Under the pieces are notes generated by a model. It saw nothing but the letters and a program-made list of their open reading frames with translations. It was not told where the DNA came from and made no database searches. From assembly GCA_003345595.1 (NCBI GenBank), contig PRDI01000056.1, forward strand, positions 1-16,521: 16,521 bases of DNA, in the 5' to 3' direction. This stretch comes from Candidatus Thorarchaeota archaeon. GTDB taxonomy: Archaea; Asgardarchaeota; Thorarchaeia; Thorarchaeales; Thorarchaeaceae. The translations under genes were made by a program, and so were the position numbers. Of the stretch, positions 14,047 to 16,521 are shown piece after piece (the first letter of the stretch is position 1; every line of letters begins with the position of its first letter).

Positions 14047-14331
14047 TTGCGAATTGTGTTCAAGTCCTTTGGTCAGCTGCGGAGAGTACTCGGTAGTCAG
14101 TCTATTGAGATAGATGTGCCAGAGCAGTCAACGATACGTGATGTCATTGATAGGGTGATAGCCATTGGTGGTGCAAGTGTGAGAAGGCAGGTTATGGAGG
14201 GTGAACGAATAAGTGGGAGTATGATAGTGTTGCTCAACAAGAGGGATATTGACACGCTCCAAGGGGCCAACACTATTCTGAACGAAGGCGATGAAGTAGC
14301 CATACTCCCACACGTTCAAGGGGGCACATGA
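14047..14331 (+). CDS. Ubiquitin-like beta-grasp protein (MoaD/ThiS/SAMP/Urm1-like) ending in GG-T
   Basis: TTG 14047 preceded by a strong SD, GGAGGTG (14034-14040). 'VFKSFGQLR', 'TIRDVI', 'IVLLNKRDI..LQG.NTILNEGDEVAILPHVQGGT*'. Confidence 0.9.
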   Translation: MRIVFKSFGQLRRVLGSQSIEIDVPEQSTIRDVIDRVIAIGGASVRRQVMEGERISGSMIVLLNKRDIDTLQGANTILNEGDEVAILPHVQGGT

Positions 14332-14364
14332 CCGCGGTTCAGAGATTGGACAATCTTGGGCACA

Positions 14365-15366
14365 TCAGTTCCTTCCCTGAACTGTGACATCGATGATCTT
14401 TCCAGTCTTTGCACTTGCTCTAGCCGCCTCTACTATACGAAGGGCTCCGACGCCATCATCAAGACCGACTTTTGGGGCTCCCCCGGTTTCTATGCATTTC
14501 AGGAAGTCATTTATGACCTCCTGAACTGGTTCTCCATAGACCTTAATCGTCGCACCTCTCTCAGTCAGTTTGATAGTCCTGCTATCTGCCGACGGCTCTT
14601 GGTCCAAGTCTTGCACCTTTATGATTTGACCGAACAGGTCTAGAACCAAAGTGCCCTTAGTCCCTGAGATGTCCATCTCTCTTCTTCTGCCTGCATACTG
14701 CCTAGAAAGATGAAAGACGTGCAGAGTACCCATTTCGAGCTTGACGAGCACCGTCGCTGAGTTTATGACACCTCCCTCAGAATCGCATTGTGCATACAGC
14801 TTTGCGTGACCACTGCTTATCCTTGCCATTATGTCAAAGTCGTGGACTCCTATGTCCTCGAAGACATCACCGAGCGAGGCAATTCTCGAGGGTTGAACGA
14901 AGCCCCTCCTGTCATGTATGATTGTCCGAGGGGTGCCAATGGCCCCGGTCTTTATCAGAGCGATTGCTCTCTCGACCACGGGGTTGTAGATCTCGGAGTG
15001 GGACACAATAGTGACTACCTTCTTTGTACGGAGTATGCCAGCAACCCTATTCGCATCCTCGAGCGTGCTGGCCAACGGTTTCTCAATCAGGATCCCCTTG
15101 ATCCTGTCATAGCTCTTGGCAATCTTCTCCGCAATAGCGGCGTGTGTCGATGTTGGCGTTGATATGACAACCCCATCCAATGGGGTTTCGTCGATCATCG
15201 ATTCGAAGTCGCTGTACGCCTTCACGCCGTATGTAGCCGCGATTCTCTGTGCTTTCTCGAGGTCGGTGTCTGCCAGAGCGGCCAATGCACGCATATTGCC
15301 GAGTATCCTCGCGTGTATCTGTCCCATGTTGCCTACACCGATTATCCCTATCCTTGGAATGGCCAT
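14365..15366 (-). CDS. Gfo/Idh/MocA family NAD(P)-dependent oxidoreductase
   Basis: Rossmann 'IGIIGVGNMG', 'STPTSTH', 'IEKP', 'DIGVHDFD'. TATA-like CCTATAAG at 15419-15412. Confidence 0.92.
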   Translation of the reverse strand: MAIPRIGIIGVGNMGQIHARILGNMRALAALADTDLEKAQRIAATYGVKAYSDFESMIDETPLDGVVISTPTSTHAAIAEKIAKSYDRIKGILIEKPLASTLEDANRVAGILRTKKVVTIVSHSEIYNPVVERAIALIKTGAIGTPRTIIHDRRGFVQPSRIASLGDVFEDIGVHDFDIMARISSGHAKLYAQCDSEGGVINSATVLVKLEMGTLHVFHLSRQYAGRRREMDISGTKGTLVLDLFGQIIKVQDLDQEPSADSRTIKLTERGATIKVYGEPVQEVINDFLKCIETGGAPKVGLDDGVGALRIVEAARASAKTGKIIDVTVQGRN

Positions 15367-15463
15367 CCTTGAGAACCCCTGTTGTTTCCCCTCTGTCGAG
15401 CCCTAGACTCCCTTATAGGTTCCACTCCTGCGCCGTACAACAGACCTGTTTCAAGAAGCTTGA

Positions 15464-15581
15464 TGGTGCGGAGGGAGGGATTTGAACCCTCGATTCGAGC
15501 GCTCAAGCAAGAGCTAGGAGCGTACCCCTACGAGACAGGCGCCTCAGGCCTGCGCCTTTGACCTAGCTTGGCAACCTCCGC
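15464..15581 (-). tRNA. tRNA-Leu(GAG) with a 30-nt non-canonical intron at the 3' side of the variable arm (15494-15523); CCA encoded
   Basis: Reverse complement: GCGGAGG-TT-GCC-AAGCTAGGTCAAA-GGC-G-CAGGC-CT-GAG-GC-GCCTG-TCTCGTAGGGGT|ACGCTC...GAGCGCTCGAA|TC-GAGGG-TTCAAAT-CCCTC-CCTCCGC-A-CCA. Removing 30 nt gives a standard 88-nt archaeal tRNA-Leu. Confidence 0.92.
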
Positions 15582-15610
15582 AGTTTCCTCGCAAATCCTG
15601 TGCAAACCAA

Positions 15611-15617
15611 TGATAAG
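15611..15617 (-). promoter_or_regulatory. Putative TATA box for tRNA-Leu
   Basis: CTTATCA about 30 nt upstream of the mature 5' end; the same heptamer occurs at 9100-9106. Confidence 0.5.
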
Positions 15618-15948
15618 GATTCCTATGGACCGTTCATCAGGGACCATGAGTCAGTCATCAAATCCACTGCAAGAACTTCTGTTAGTCTTGGTGAAATGCT
15701 GCTTGAAGACCCGCAACAAGATCTGACTGATTCTGCTGCAGACGACCAGCAAGGCTAAGTACCACATGTGAATTCTCTCTTGTTGGATCTGTCTGGGGCA
15801 TGATACACCGAAGGCGAAAGACTTTCTGAGAGTGAGCGATGAATTATTAATCAGGTTGGAGTCCGTTTCATCGCTTTCGATTCCATTCATGGCTGCCCAT
15901 AGATGGGTCTGTTTCGTGTATAGAAACCGTAGGAGGTAATAATGAGCA

Positions 15949-16380
15949 TTGAACAAGTCCGTGTTAGTTCGATTGATTGTACTTGCTGTTGGTCTGATTG
16001 GTGCTGCCTATGTATACTTGAGTTTCATCATTCGATGGCTGCCGTATGCCGATGAGGTGCCGTTCTGGTACATGACCTCGAATGGTGACATGAACTTTCT
16101 CTTTGCAACAGGGATTGTCTGGATGTTACTTGCGCTCGTGGCATGGCCATTGACATCGCCAAGTGATCCTAAGGGCGCAGCATTGGCCCTACTGGGTTAT
16201 TCTCTGATGGCAGTGGGGTATGGCTTTGTTGCACCTACGAGGAGTGGGTTTTCCGGTTACTACGGCCTCAACCCGCTGCTGGGATACCTAGTGATCGCCG
16301 TGGGCGCAGTGGTCTTGATACTCGCGTATGTGCTAGTTCGCAGGACGAAAGCTCCTAGAAGCGCCGCGACCACTCCTTAG
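15949..16380 (+). CDS. Hypothetical membrane protein (about 4 TM helices)
   Basis: Four hydrophobic segments and a basic C-terminal tail 'RRTK'. SD GGAGGT at 15932-15937; TTG start. Confidence 0.75.
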   Translation: MNKSVLVRLIVLAVGLIGAAYVYLSFIIRWLPYADEVPFWYMTSNGDMNFLFATGIVWMLLALVAWPLTSPSDPKGAALALLGYSLMAVGYGFVAPTRSGFSGYYGLNPLLGYLVIAVGAVVLILAYVLVRRTKAPRSAATTP

Positions 16381-16521
16381 AGAGTTCTCGGCGTCTGCAT
16401 GTCACATCGCGGACTGACTCAGGGCTCGTCTTCGAAGTCAAGCGCTTCAGTTCGCCAGTTGGGGAGCGTAGTGGGTACGCCAAACTGAATCGAAAGCAGG
16501 GGATTGGGAGGACGACGGTCG

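Noticed and set aside
14365-15366. Assigning the Gfo/Idh/MocA enzyme to nucleotide-sugar (UDP-GlcNAc 3-dehydrogenase-like) synthesis for the N-glycan
   Set aside because: The family is too broad, and there is no adjacent aminotransferase or acetyltransferase to support a specific substrate.
10008-15581. Integrated element between or at the two tRNA genes
   Set aside because: No integrase, no duplicated tRNA 3' end (att site) and no obvious compositional shift; the intervening genes are housekeeping or metabolic.
15651-15956. 101-aa minus-strand ORF
   Set aside because: No recognisable motif or SD, and it overlaps the start of the divergent membrane-protein gene; not called as a CDS.
15942-16055. 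37-aa Cys-rich ORF (MSIEQVRVSSIDCTCCWSDWCCLC...) starting at an ATG just after the GGAGGT SD
   Set aside because: It lies out of frame over the membrane-protein gene, and the Cys/Trp richness is the expected by-product of shifted Val/Ala/Leu/Gly codons.
16419-16520. Possible C-terminus of a minus-strand gene entering from the right edge (…NWRTEALDFEDEP*)
   Set aside because: Only 33 codons are visible and there is no identifiable motif.

Overview
Archaeal chromosomal window, most likely from an Asgard archaeon (Thorarchaeota-like; inferred from gene content, especially the ribophorin I-like gene). No mobile element or CRISPR array was seen. In order, it holds a conserved ribosome-biogenesis/topoisomerase cluster (NMD3 C-terminus, aIF1A, RIO1, Dim2/Pno1 KH protein, top6B, top6A); a divergent N-glycosylation pair; an HD hydrolase; tRNA-Gln(TTG) with a canonical intron just downstream of trm112; gcvPA/gcvPB; an LpdD/PAC4-like gene paired with a Urm1/SAMP-like protein ending GG-T; a Gfo/Idh/MocA oxidoreductase; tRNA-Leu(GAG) with a non-canonical variable-arm intron; and a 4-TM membrane protein. 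The glycosylation pair is an AglH/Alg7-type GlcNAc-1-P transferase and a 985-aa ribophorin I (OST1)-like protein. That protein carries an unusual N-terminal DOMON domain, split by an FKBP-like insert and followed by an Ig-like domain. The most notable items are this DOMON-FKBP-Ig-ribophorin fusion with its palindromic divergent promoter region, the variable-arm tRNA intron, and the PAC4-like + pro-ubiquitin-like gene pair. All family calls come from motif recognition by eye, not from database searches.
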